Shown: positions 25,447-37,818 of the stretch, piece after piece
How the letters are laid out: the number at the start of each line of letters is the position of its first letter
Numbering within the stretch: position 1 is the first letter of the stretch
Assembly (NCBI GenBank): GCA_913050645.1
Contig: CAJXAG010000001.1
Span: 1 to 45,983 of the forward strand
DNA: 45,983 bases
Direction: 5' to 3'
Origin: an uncultured bacterium
GTDB taxonomy: Bacteria > Patescibacteriota > Minisyncoccia > Phycocordibacterales > UBA918
The notes under the pieces: model-generated
What the model saw: the letters and a program-made list of their open reading frames with translations, nothing else
Database searches by the model: none
What the model was told of the DNA's origin: nothing
Program-made: the position numbers and the translations under genes

Positions 25447-26787
25447 ACGGCGGGCCTTGTCGTGCTGTCTAATCTTCTCCAAAGCCTTCGCCTCAATCTG
25501 TCGAATACGCTCTCGGGTTACCCCAAACTCTTTACCTACCTCTTCAAGCGTGTGATAGGTGCCATCGAGTAGTCCATGTCGCATCTCAAGAATCTTTCGC
25601 TCTTTCTCTGAGAGATGATCGAGAATTTCTTGTATCTGATCAGTAAGAATACTGTGTGCAACTTCCTGGTCTGGTGAGACCATCTTCTCGTCTGAGATAA
25701 AGTCAGACAGACGTGAACGATCATCATCGTCACCAATTGGAAGCTCGAGAGAAATAGTATCCTGAGAAATCTTCTCGATCTGGTAAATCTTCTCCACCTC
25801 AACATCCATTTCGGTCGCAATTTCTTCGGGCATTGGATCTCGTCCTAGGTCCTGTGCAAGCCGTCGTGAGACCTGCTTGTACTTTGCCATGGTTTCAACC
25901 ATATGCACTGGAATACGAATAGTTCGAGACTGGTCAGCAAGCGCTCGGGTGATCGCCTGACGAATCCACCATGTTGCGTACGTAGAGAACTTAAAGCCTT
26001 TGAGGTGGTCAAACTTATCTACTGCTTTAAAGAGACCAAGGTTTCCTTCTTGAATAAGATCAAGCAACGTAAGGTCTGGAGAACGACCAACATACTTCTT
26101 GGCAATCGAAACCACCAAACGAAGGTTTGCACGCGCAAGCAAGTTCCGAGCCTCTTCGTCACCGTCAAGAATACGCTGCGCAAGGTCTCGTTCTTCCTGC
26201 GCGGTAAGCAACGGATACTGTCCGATTTCTCGCAGATACATCTGAATAGAATCGTAGCTGCTGTCGTTACGCTTGTATGCATTCTTCTGCGCAATCACTT
26301 CTGCAGACGGATCGGCACCCAGCATGCCCCCACTGGAGAGCACGTCAATTCCGGCAATTGAAAAGTTCTCGTACATTACCTCAAGAAATGGCACTTCCTT
26401 TTCAATCTGTGGGAAATACTTAAGAATCTCATCATACGTCACATACCCCCGCTCCTTTCCAAGTTTCATCAGCTCAGTCTGCTTCGCACGTTGCAATTTT
26501 TGAGATTTCGTTAGTTTCTTCGCGACCTTCTTTACGGTCTTTTTTGACACCTTTTTAGCCACAACTTTCGTCGCGGTCTTCTTTGTTGTCTTTTTAGTTG
26601 TCTTCTTTGCAGTTTTCTTTACTGCGGTTTTTTTGGCAGATGTTTTTTTAGCTGTAACCTTTGTGGTTTTTTTTGCTACTTTTTTTGTTGCCTTTTTTAC
26701 GGTTTTTTTAACCGCCTTTTTTGCTTGCCCGTTAAGTTTCTGTGAAACTTTTTGGGTTGATTTCTTGGTTGCTTTTTTTGCGACCAT
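25432..26787 (-). CDS. rpoD: RNA polymerase sigma-70 factor RpoD with Lys-rich N-terminal extension
   Basis: [13 protein letters not shown] (region 2) and [24 protein letters not shown] (region 4.2). The first ~100 aa are KKTxKK-type repeats. Confidence 0.92.
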   Translation of the reverse strand: MVAKKATKKSTQKVSQKLNGQAKKAVKKTVKKATKKVAKKTTKVTAKKTSAKKTAVKKTAKKTTKKTTKKTATKVVAKKVSKKTVKKVAKKLTKSQKLQRAKQTELMKLGKERGYVTYDEILKYFPQIEKEVPFLEVMYENFSIAGIDVLSSGGMLGADPSAEVIAQKNAYKRNDSSYDSIQMYLREIGQYPLLTAQEERDLAQRILDGDEEARNLLARANLRLVVSIAKKYVGRSPDLTLLDLIQEGNLGLFKAVDKFDHLKGFKFSTYATWWIRQAITRALADQSRTIRIPVHMVETMAKYKQVSRRLAQDLGRDPMPEEIATEMDVEVEKIYQIEKISQDTISLELPIGDDDDRSRLSDFISDEKMVSPDQEVAHSILTDQIQEILDHLSEKERKILEMRHGLLDGTYHTLEEVGKEFGVTRERIRQIEAKALEKIRQHDKARRLKSY

Positions 26788-26831
26788 AGTGTCCAGTACT
26801 ATACAGTATATTGCAGAAAAAACCAGCTCTT

Positions 26832-28613
26832 TTAGTCCAGCTTTCTCCCCTCTTCGTAACCAAATAGCATCAGATCAACTTCAAGTTCCTTTTGCTCTTT
26901 TTGAAGTTTGTCTATCGCCACAATTGCTTCCATCTGAGCTTTGTCATCACCCGTACGTAACTTCTGATCATACTCTGCGCGTTTCTCTTTTCCGAGAAGT
27001 CCTGCGAGCTCATTAAGCTCCGCGGCTATATCGCTGAGCACCTGCTTAATCGGCAACCGCTCAATATCTTCAGCAAGTCGAAATGGGAGATTCCCAATTT
27101 CTTCTGCAGAATAGAGCTCACGCATATCCTGAGCAGACTTCCCGGTGACTTTTTGCAAATGTTCGGCCAGTGGCGGCACATGCTCTTTGGGCAATTCATC
27201 AATAAGCACTGCAAATCGTTTTAATAAAGCTTCTTTTCGTTGCATGGATTCTTTTGTGTTTGGTTCTGGTTTTACAGGAGCTTGTTCCTGCGACACTGCG
27301 GTGCGCGCAGCTCTTTGCTCTTCTTCTTGTATTTTCTCTATAAAACGCTGTGTCTCAGCATGAATGGCGTCTTTTGTAGTCCCGAGACGCTGCGCAATCA
27401 ACCCTTCGAAGTGTTCTTGGTCAATACGGTTTGGGATACGGGCAACGTATGGAAGAATCTCTTCTCGTGCTTTAAGCTTAAATGCTCGCTCGTCTTTATT
27501 CTGGTCTTGCAGCACATCAAGTAAGTACTCGATCACATGTGTTGCGTGCCCCACCATCTTCTTAAACTCCGCAGCATCTTTTTGAATAATGTCCGCAGGG
27601 TCTTCTCCGTCAGGCATACGCACCACCTTTACATCCATTCCGCGTGAAAGCATCAGCTCTGCTGCTTTCTTCACTGCAGCGATTCCAGCTCGGTCAGCAT
27701 CAAGTGCAAGCACTGCCCGATTACTTAACCGTTGCAGTAGCATAACGTGGTGTGCCGTCAATGCCGTACCTGAGATCGCTATGGTGTTTCCATATCCTGC
27801 CTGGTGCGCCATAACGACATCAAACTGCCCCTCTACGCACAGACAAAAATCCATGGTACGAATGCCTTGCTTTGCCTTATCGTATCCGTAGAGAATTTCA
27901 GACTTGTTAAACAGCTCCGTCTCCGGTGAGTTTACATACTTTGGTGCTTCAGAGTCTTTGGTAAGGATGCGCCCCGAGTATGCAACTACATGACCCGCAT
28001 TATCAAAAATCGGAAACATGATACGGTCACGAAACAGATCATATGCTTCCTTCCCTGCATCAGCACCTTTGGCGAGTCCTGCTTTGAGTAATTCTTGAGT
28101 AGTGAACTTCTCTGCCTCAAGCGCATTTTTAAGCTCTCGCCAACCATGGTCAGGTGGGCCAGGTGCGTAGCCAATACGCCACTTTGCAATGGTTTGAGGG
28201 GTAACCCCGCGGTCCTCTAGGTACTGTTGCGCTTCAGGTTTCTTGTGTCGATACTCTTCAAAAAATTTCGTAGCGTGCTCAAGTACATCGTACTGTCGTT
28301 CACGCTCAGTACGTTTTTGCGGATCTTCTCGCACCAGCTCTACGCCCGCTTTCTCTGCAAGAATCTTCAACGCGCCCTTAAAGTCGACCCCTTCCATTTC
28401 TTGCACAAAGGTAAAGATGTCACCGCCTTGCGAAGTTGAAAAGCAGTAGTACATACCGCGATCAGGAGACACATAAAAAGAAGGGGTCTTTTCAGTAGTA
28501 AAAGGGCTCTTACCCTTCATATTTTTCCCCGCAGGATGCAACTCAACATACGGTGCAATCACATCCACCACCGAAAGCCGCTCTTTTATCTGTCGTACTG
28601 CATCACCTGCCAT
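26832..28613 (-). CDS. dnaG: DNA primase DnaG
   Basis: EKTPSF block, [14 protein letters not shown] and LDADRAG motifs. I prefer the start at MAGDAV (28613). It lies upstream of rpoD, the classic dnaG-rpoD arrangement. Confidence 0.9.
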   Translation of the reverse strand: MAGDAVRQIKERLSVVDVIAPYVELHPAGKNMKGKSPFTTEKTPSFYVSPDRGMYYCFSTSQGGDIFTFVQEMEGVDFKGALKILAEKAGVELVREDPQKRTERERQYDVLEHATKFFEEYRHKKPEAQQYLEDRGVTPQTIAKWRIGYAPGPPDHGWRELKNALEAEKFTTQELLKAGLAKGADAGKEAYDLFRDRIMFPIFDNAGHVVAYSGRILTKDSEAPKYVNSPETELFNKSEILYGYDKAKQGIRTMDFCLCVEGQFDVVMAHQAGYGNTIAISGTALTAHHVMLLQRLSNRAVLALDADRAGIAAVKKAAELMLSRGMDVKVVRMPDGEDPADIIQKDAAEFKKMVGHATHVIEYLLDVLQDQNKDERAFKLKAREEILPYVARIPNRIDQEHFEGLIAQRLGTTKDAIHAETQRFIEKIQEEEQRAARTAVSQEQAPVKPEPNTKESMQRKEALLKRFAVLIDELPKEHVPPLAEHLQKVTGKSAQDMRELYSAEEIGNLPFRLAEDIERLPIKQVLSDIAAELNELAGLLGKEKRAEYDQKLRTGDDKAQMEAIVAIDKLQKEQKELEVDLMLFGYEEGRKLD

Positions 28614-28724
28614 AGTCAGAGTATTATACGCGAAAGTTAATGACAACGCACAGAACTTGACTTTTTTATAATTTTATAGAGAATAGCTATAGAAACAACA
28701 TTCTATGTTCTGGAGGAGACATCA

Positions 28725-29048
28725 ATGAAATACACATACGTAGTTCGCTTGCAACTTAGAGGTGGGGTAGTAACTTTAAAGAATTTTACCTCAGAATGTC
28801 CAATCAATACCGGACACACACTAATTGTCAGAATGGATGTAATTCACTGGCTTTGCGGACTCGAACTTCGAGTCTTGAAGGTACAACATCTAAAAAACTT
28901 GATTGCTCGCCACAACGATCCTGACATATCATCCCTTATGGTTGACTTTGCAAAACAAGAGATTCGCGAGCATCTAGAAAAAATAGGTGATAAAAAAGTG
29001 ATCGGCTCATTCGAAGCTCACGGCTGGCAATACAAAGCCAACTCATAG
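28725..29048 (+). CDS. hypothetical small protein (cassette 1 downstream of rpoC)
   Basis: 107-aa ORF with GGAGGAG at 28712-28718 and its own terminator at 29057-29086. No family recognised. Confidence 0.5.
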   Translation: MKYTYVVRLQLRGGVVTLKNFTSECPINTGHTLIVRMDVIHWLCGLELRVLKVQHLKNLIARHNDPDISSLMVDFAKQEIREHLEKIGDKKVIGSFEAHGWQYKANS

Positions 29049-29056
29049 GCATCCCC

Positions 29057-29086
29057 ACAAACCTCGCTTGGTTTAGCGGGGTTTGT
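29057..29086 (+). terminator. AAACCCCGC...GCGGGGTTT terminator family (copy 1)
   Basis: acaaacctcgc / gcggggtttgt, which includes one T:G pair that is a wobble only in plus-strand RNA. Followed by ttttt. Confidence 0.6.
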
Positions 29087-29147
29087 TTTTATCTACCACT
29101 ATGTTAGGTTTGATACAAATGTTCATCCAGCAGAAAGGAGGTTTATT

Positions 29148-29543
29148 ATGACTGCTGTTGTTCTCTTGAAACCCAAAAACCACACCCTGTTCGAACCAGG
29201 TGATACGCTCATCTACTATCACAAATGGAAGCTTTGGGAAAAACCAAAGAATCAAAAGTGGTTTCACAATCTCAGTCTTGAGGAATGTGAGCAGCTCGCC
29301 CCCGGTGACCAAGTATGGATTGATGTTGATCCTTTGTACCACAACGGTAAAGTGTACGGTTGCATTCTGGTAACCATCACAAGCATTTCCAGAACGGCTC
29401 AAGACACACTTAGTGTCGGCTACAGCTCACCATCAATCAGTGGCCGTTCACTGATCACTTACAAAGGTAAGCTTGCTGTTCTTACCAACGAAGAGCAGGT
29501 ATACAACTGGACAAAAGATGTAGACGCTGCACGCAATGTGTAA
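29148..29543 (+). CDS. hypothetical small protein (cassette 2)
   Basis: 131-aa ORF with AAGGAGG at 29135-29141 and its own terminator at 29557-29580. No family recognised. Confidence 0.55.
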   Translation: MTAVVLLKPKNHTLFEPGDTLIYYHKWKLWEKPKNQKWFHNLSLEECEQLAPGDQVWIDVDPLYHNGKVYGCILVTITSISRTAQDTLSVGYSSPSISGRSLITYKGKLAVLTNEEQVYNWTKDVDAARNV

Positions 29544-29556
29544 CATCACATCCCCT

Positions 29557-29580
29557 AAACCCCGCAGCCATGCGGGGTTT
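29557..29580 (+). terminator. AAACCCCGC...GCGGGGTTT terminator family (copy 2)
   Basis: aaaccccgca-gcca-tgcggggttt followed by gtttttta. Confidence 0.7.
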
Positions 29581-29643
29581 GTTTTTTATTTGTCACTATG
29601 ATACGTTTGACACAAACGCACATTTCTAAAAAGGAGAAATACC

Positions 29644-29877
29644 ATGCTTTCATGCATACTCATCGCTGGCTCACTGTGGATTGAACAAACCCCTGATTCC
29701 GGGTATTACCTAAACATCAACACCTTCACAGGTATCGGGCGTACAGAAGAAAGTGCTGATATCCATTTCACAAAAGACGGAATTGCATCCTACCCTGTCA
29801 CACTGCCCGAGCAGCTCCAGGACGCATCTATACCTGAAATTCTTGCAGCCTGCGAAGCCGTTGCCCGAGAACAGTAA
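29644..29877 (+). CDS. hypothetical small protein (cassette 3)
   Basis: 77-aa ORF with AAGGAG at 29631-29636 and its own terminator at 29885-29909. No family recognised. Confidence 0.5.
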   Translation: MLSCILIAGSLWIEQTPDSGYYLNINTFTGIGRTEESADIHFTKDGIASYPVTLPEQLQDASIPEILAACEAVAREQ

Positions 29878-29884
29878 TAACCCA

Positions 29885-29909
29885 AAACCCCGCACAGTCT
29901 GCGGGGCTT
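29885..29909 (+). terminator. AAACCCCGC...GCGGGGTTT terminator family (copy 3)
   Basis: ccccgca-cagtc-tgcgggg with flanking aa/tt, followed by gtttttta. Confidence 0.6.
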
Positions 29910-29926
29910 GTTTTTTACATGAAAAA

Positions 29927-29962
29927 AATACCACAATTAATTACGTAATTAATTGTGGTATT
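29927..29962. repeat. 36-nt perfect palindrome
   Basis: aataccacaattaattac|gtaattaattgtggtatt. Confidence 0.7.
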
Positions 29963-29988
29963 AATTTTGAAATTCTTTCAAATGAAGC

Positions 29989-30110
29989 CCCCACGAGCTT
30001 ACACTCGGGGTATCTCACCAAGTTACGTAGCTTGCTACGTAACACCTATCGCTATCACGATAGGCAAACTCCCTCCATCCCCGGGCTTACGCCGCGGGGT
30101 ATTTGTGGGG
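29989..30110 (+). other. GC-rich multi-hairpin element (candidate structured RNA or palindromic mobile remnant)
   Basis: A closing helix pairs ccccac (29989-29994) with gtgggg (30105-30110). It encloses perfect hairpins at 30022-30043 (9 bp) and 30045-30064 (7 bp) and a GC hairpin at 30079-30099. Strand is not determined. Confidence 0.4.
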
Positions 30111-30133
30111 AATAAACACCTTACGATTTTTTT

Positions 30134-30159
30134 AATTAGTTCAATATATCGAACTAATT
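30134..30159. repeat. 9-bp hairpin
   Basis: aattagttc-aatatatc-gaactaatt. Confidence 0.5.
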
Positions 30160-30180
30160 TAAGTGTATCGCCTGAGTTTA

Positions 30181-30214
30181 AATACCCATTTAAATTGCAA
30201 TTTAAATGGGTATT
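30181..30214. repeat. 34-nt perfect palindrome
   Basis: aatacccatttaaattg|caatttaaatgggtatt. Confidence 0.7.
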
Positions 30215-30243
30215 CAATCGGGTTATTAATCGCTAGATTTTGC

Positions 30244-30287
30244 AAACACAAAAGCACGGCGCCTAAAGGCGCCGTGCTTTTGTGTTT
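30244..30287 (-). terminator. 20-bp hairpin, ACAAAAGCACGG stem family (copy 2), end of rpoBC unit
   Basis: aaacacaaaagcacggcgcc-taaa-ggcgccgtgcttttgtgttt. Confidence 0.6.
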
Positions 30288-30313
30288 TACTTCTATCCTC
30301 GTCTTTCTCTCTT

Positions 30314-30426
30314 AGAAACTGAATAAGTTGCCTGAGATACGAAACAGACAAGAAAAAAGACCCGAGCGGTACTAAGGTGTACCGTGAGGGTCTTTTTTCG
30401 TAGTCTAATGAAGTAGATTAGGTGAA

Positions 30427-30439
<13 letters not shown>
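30314..30439 (-). repeat. gene-3'-end structured element (after rpoC)
   Basis: gaaacagacaag-aaaaaagaccc-gag-[cggtac/gtaccg]-tga-gggtctttttt-cgtagtctaatgaagtag. The outer 13-bp perfect helix pairs 30314-30326 with 30427-30439 and includes the rpoC TAA. Confidence 0.65.
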
Positions 30440-34113
<3,674 letters not shown>

Positions 34114-34129
34114 ACATTATTGAGGACTA

Positions 34130-37100
34130 TTAATATTCTTCTCGTTTAAGATCAACATCCAGCGACAGACCACGAAGCTGATTTACAAGCACGTTAAACG
34201 CTGCTGGTGTATGCGGGTGGCTGATTCGTTCACCACGTACAATCGCGTCAAATGCTGCAGATCGACCAACGATATCGTCAGACTTGATAGTGAGCATTTC
34301 TCGTAGCGTATATGCCGCGCCGTATCCAAGAAGTGCCCACACTTCCATTTCTCCGAATCGCTGTCCACCAATCTGTGCCTTACCACCAAGCGGCTGCTGT
34401 GTAATAAGACTGTATGGACCAATAGATCGCATGTGGATCTTGTCCTCCACCATGTGGTGCAGTTTCAAGATGTACATGAGACCAACGGCTGTTCGTTGTT
34501 CAAACGCTTCACCCGTTCGTCCGTCGCGTAGTTGTAGCTTTCCGTCTTCTGGAATGTCTGCTTCTTTCAATTCTGCTTTAATCTCTTCTTCAGTTGCTGA
34601 AGCAAATGGAGGCACGATCGCTTGATAGCCAAGTGTGTGTGCGGCCATACCTAAGTGCAACTCAAGAATCTGTCCAAGGTTCATACGTGACGGCACACCA
34701 AGTGGCGTCAAAATGATGTCCACTGGAGTTCCGTCTTCTGTATACGGCATGTCTTCTTCAGGAAGAATTCGTGAGATCACACCCTTGTTACCGTGACGTC
34801 CCGCAAGCTTGTCACCTACTGATACGTTTCGTACCTGGGCTACTGTGATAAGAATCTTCTTGATTACACCGCTGTCGAGATTATCTCCATTTTCACGTGA
34901 GAAGATTTTCACACCGATAACTCGTCCACGCTTTCCAGCCTCAAGTCGCAGTGACGTATCTTTTACGTCCTTTGCCTTTTCACCAAAGATAGAACGAAGC
35001 AGTCGCTCTTCAGGTGTAAGTTGTGCTTCACCCTTGGGTGTTACTTTACCAACCAGAATATCTCCGGGTCGCACTTCAGCACCAACACGGATGATTCCGT
35101 TTTCATCAAGGTTTCGCAGCTTCAGCTCTGAAACGTTCGGGATGTCTGGAGTTGTTACTTCAGGTCCAAGCTTCGTGTCTCGTACAGATACATCAAGCTC
35201 ATCAAGGTGAATGGTTGCAAACTTACTCTTCTTCACTAGTCGCTCAGAAATAATAATCGCATCCTCGTAGTTCGCGCCGCTCCAACTCATAAATGCTACC
35301 ATTGCGTTTTGCCCTACTGCGATTTGTCCTTGGTCAGTTGAAGTTGTGTCAGCAAGCAAGTCCCCGCGCTTTACCTTGTCGCCAACTGTCACTGCTGGCC
35401 GGTGGTAGAATGCTGAAAAGTCGTTTGTTCGCTGGATAGTTGTCAGTGGATATTCATCCTTCTTACCATCCTTTTTCTTGATTACAATGATGTTTGCATC
35501 ACACTCAACTACTTCTCCAGCTTCAACTGCAGTAACAACACGACCCGTGTCGCGTGCGGCCATACCTTCGATACCTGTTCCCACGATCGGAGCTTCAGGA
35601 ATAACACACGGTGTAGCCTGCTTTTGCATGTTTGAACCCATAAGCGTTCGGTTCGCGTCATCATGGTTTAAGAATGGAATCATTGACGTCGCAACTGAGA
35701 ATCCTTGGTTTGTTGCAATATCCATGTAGTCAACTTCCTTCGGCGCAACCACTCGTGGCTCACCATTTCGTCGCACTTCCACGAAGTCAGCTTTGATTTT
35801 TCCGTTGTCAGCAACTTCTACCGCTGCATGTGCAATCGCAAAATTTTCTTCTTCATGTGCATTGAGGTATACGATCTCACCGGTAAGTGTTCCTTTTTCT
35901 ACCTTTACGTATGGCGTTTCGATGATACCAAACCGGTTCACACGCGCATACATAGACAGACGAAGAATCAAACCAATATTCGGTCCTTCTGGAGTATGAA
36001 TCGGACACAGTCGTCCATAGTGAGATGTATGTACGTCACGCACTTCAAAACCAGCACGTTCACGTGTAAGTCCTCCAGGACCAAGCGCTGAGAGTGTTCG
36101 GAGTCCTTCAAGCTCTCCAAGAATGTTCTGCTGTGGCATGAACTGTGAAAGCTGGTTGGTAGTGAAAAATTCTTTAATCGCCGCCTGAAGTGGTCGTGGA
36201 TTAAGAATTTGCATTGGGAGTGAGGTTTCAGCTTCAATAGTCGACATTCGATCTTGAATGTTTCGCTTCATGCGGGTCATACCCACACGTACACGCTGGA
36301 TACACATTTCGCCGAAGTATCGCACACGTCGGAACCCGAGGTGGTCAATATCGTCCGGAAGTGCTCCTGGTTCGTGATTCTTCTCGATGATTGTCTTTAG
36401 AATAAGACGGACATCTTCAAGTGATACCGTTCGCTCGTCGGTTGCTTTCTTGTCGATTGGTCGGTCAAATCGCTGATTGAAGTGGTGTCGTCCAATTTCT
36501 GAAAGGTCGTATCGTTCAGGCGCAAAGATAGAGTTCACAAACTCCTTTGCGTTGTCTACGGTTGCAAGATCACCATCACGAAGCCGTTTGTAGATTTCTA
36601 CATATGCGTCATCAGTGGTCTTCGCTGGGTCCTTGGCGATTGTTGCCTTCATGTACTCCTCCCCACGTTCAACGTCAGAGAAAAGCTTGATCATGTCTTC
36701 CTCTTTTTCAAGACCAAACACGCGAAGCAATGACGATACCGGCACTTTCTTCTTTCGATCAATCTTGATATAGATTACGCCATCTGCTTCAGACTCGATC
36801 TCCACCCATGCACCACGTGCAGGAATGATTTTTGCACCAAAACAAGTTTTTCCCTTAAGCTCCTGTGCAGTAAAGAAGATGCCGTAGCTTCGCGCGAGCT
36901 GTGGAACAATCACACGCTCAACACCGTTGATGATGAACGTTCCGTGTTCAGTCATTACAGGGATGTCCGCAAGGAAAATTTCCTGATCCTTATCAGAATC
37001 AAATGTCTTGTTTTTAAGTACTACCGTTGCCCGCAGTGGTGCATCGTACGTAAGTTTGTTTGCTTTTGCGTACTCAGGGGTACATTTTGGCTGACCCACT

Positions 37101-37327
37101 TCATACTTTTTAAACTTCATCTCAAACTTCTTTTCGGAGTAATCAGTGATTGGTGAAAATTCTTTGAAGATATCCTTCAAACCTTCTTCAACAAACCACT
37201 TGTACGATAGACGTTGTGGCTCAATCAAGTCGGGAAGATCCACCAGTGGATCTTTCGCCAGCTTGAATGTCTTCTGTGGCATAGCGCCCACTGAAGCGTA
37301 GTCTTCTGCTTTTGGATTTGTATACAT
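34130..37327 (-). CDS. rpoB: DNA-directed RNA polymerase subunit beta
   Basis: 1065 aa. RFGEMEVWAL and GRHGNKGV blocks. It lies 16 nt upstream of rpoC. Confidence 0.98.
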   Translation of the reverse strand: MYTNPKAEDYASVGAMPQKTFKLAKDPLVDLPDLIEPQRLSYKWFVEEGLKDIFKEFSPITDYSEKKFEMKFKKYEVGQPKCTPEYAKANKLTYDAPLRATVVLKNKTFDSDKDQEIFLADIPVMTEHGTFIINGVERVIVPQLARSYGIFFTAQELKGKTCFGAKIIPARGAWVEIESEADGVIYIKIDRKKKVPVSSLLRVFGLEKEEDMIKLFSDVERGEEYMKATIAKDPAKTTDDAYVEIYKRLRDGDLATVDNAKEFVNSIFAPERYDLSEIGRHHFNQRFDRPIDKKATDERTVSLEDVRLILKTIIEKNHEPGALPDDIDHLGFRRVRYFGEMCIQRVRVGMTRMKRNIQDRMSTIEAETSLPMQILNPRPLQAAIKEFFTTNQLSQFMPQQNILGELEGLRTLSALGPGGLTRERAGFEVRDVHTSHYGRLCPIHTPEGPNIGLILRLSMYARVNRFGIIETPYVKVEKGTLTGEIVYLNAHEEENFAIAHAAVEVADNGKIKADFVEVRRNGEPRVVAPKEVDYMDIATNQGFSVATSMIPFLNHDDANRTLMGSNMQKQATPCVIPEAPIVGTGIEGMAARDTGRVVTAVEAGEVVECDANIIVIKKKDGKKDEYPLTTIQRTNDFSAFYHRPAVTVGDKVKRGDLLADTTSTDQGQIAVGQNAMVAFMSWSGANYEDAIIISERLVKKSKFATIHLDELDVSVRDTKLGPEVTTPDIPNVSELKLRNLDENGIIRVGAEVRPGDILVGKVTPKGEAQLTPEERLLRSIFGEKAKDVKDTSLRLEAGKRGRVIGVKIFSRENGDNLDSGVIKKILITVAQVRNVSVGDKLAGRHGNKGVISRILPEEDMPYTEDGTPVDIILTPLGVPSRMNLGQILELHLGMAAHTLGYQAIVPPFASATEEEIKAELKEADIPEDGKLQLRDGRTGEAFEQRTAVGLMYILKLHHMVEDKIHMRSIGPYSLITQQPLGGKAQIGGQRFGEMEVWALLGYGAAYTLREMLTIKSDDIVGRSAAFDAIVRGERISHPHTPAAFNVLVNQLRGLSLDVDLKREEY

Positions 37328-37654
37328 ATATATGTAAACGAGTTAAATGATGTGCGCGATCAATACTCAACAAAAAATAAGCGCTTTAAAGCACCTAGAT
37401 TAGCCGTATTTATTTTTGCACGATTACTAATGACATCACTTGAAAAGTGTTGTTTTTTGTGGATGTGTAGATTGTAACTCCCACTACAATCTAATGTCTC
37501 CCGCCTTACAGGCGCAGTACACCTTTTGGTTATTTTAGTTCCCTTTGGTCACAAAAATATCGCAAAAGCTCTTTAAAAAACATCCCATGTTTTTTAAACC
37601 TCCGCTATTCTTAGTACCGTGACTCACTCGAATAGAAATGCGTTAGTGGCCGGA

Positions 37655-37682
37655 ATTATAGCGTATTTTAGATATTGTGCAA
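37655..37682 (-). promoter_or_regulatory. sigma-70-like promoter for rpoBC (long leader)
   Basis: On the minus strand: TTGCAC (37682-37677), 16-nt spacer, TATAAT (37660-37655). This would give a ~320-nt leader before the rpoB ATG at 37327. Confidence 0.45.
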
Positions 37683-37818
37683 CCCCACACTAACTTTTCA
37701 CTTGCTCAGTATGAAATATTTTAAACCTCTAGTTCTGGCAGAGAGAGCTCGTATCAAAAGAGATTTTTAGCTGCAGCAAAGATAGTAAAACGTTGATGTA
37801 GCGGACAGGTCCTATTTC

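Noticed and set aside
28647-29915. The small-ORF cassettes considered as an integron-like array, with their 3' palindromes as attC sites.
   Set aside because: There is no integrase gene and no GTTRRRY / RYYYAAC core sites. The hairpins are short, GC-cored and followed by T-runs, so they look like ordinary intrinsic terminators.
29975-30125. The multi-hairpin element considered as tmRNA, RNase P RNA, SRP/4.5S RNA or a tRNA.
   Set aside because: It has no GGAAAGTCCGGGC-type RNase P core, no GGAAGCAGCC-type SRP domain IV, and no T-loop GGTTCGAATCC with an acceptor end on either strand. The length and hairpin pattern fit none of them. It is left as an unclassified element.
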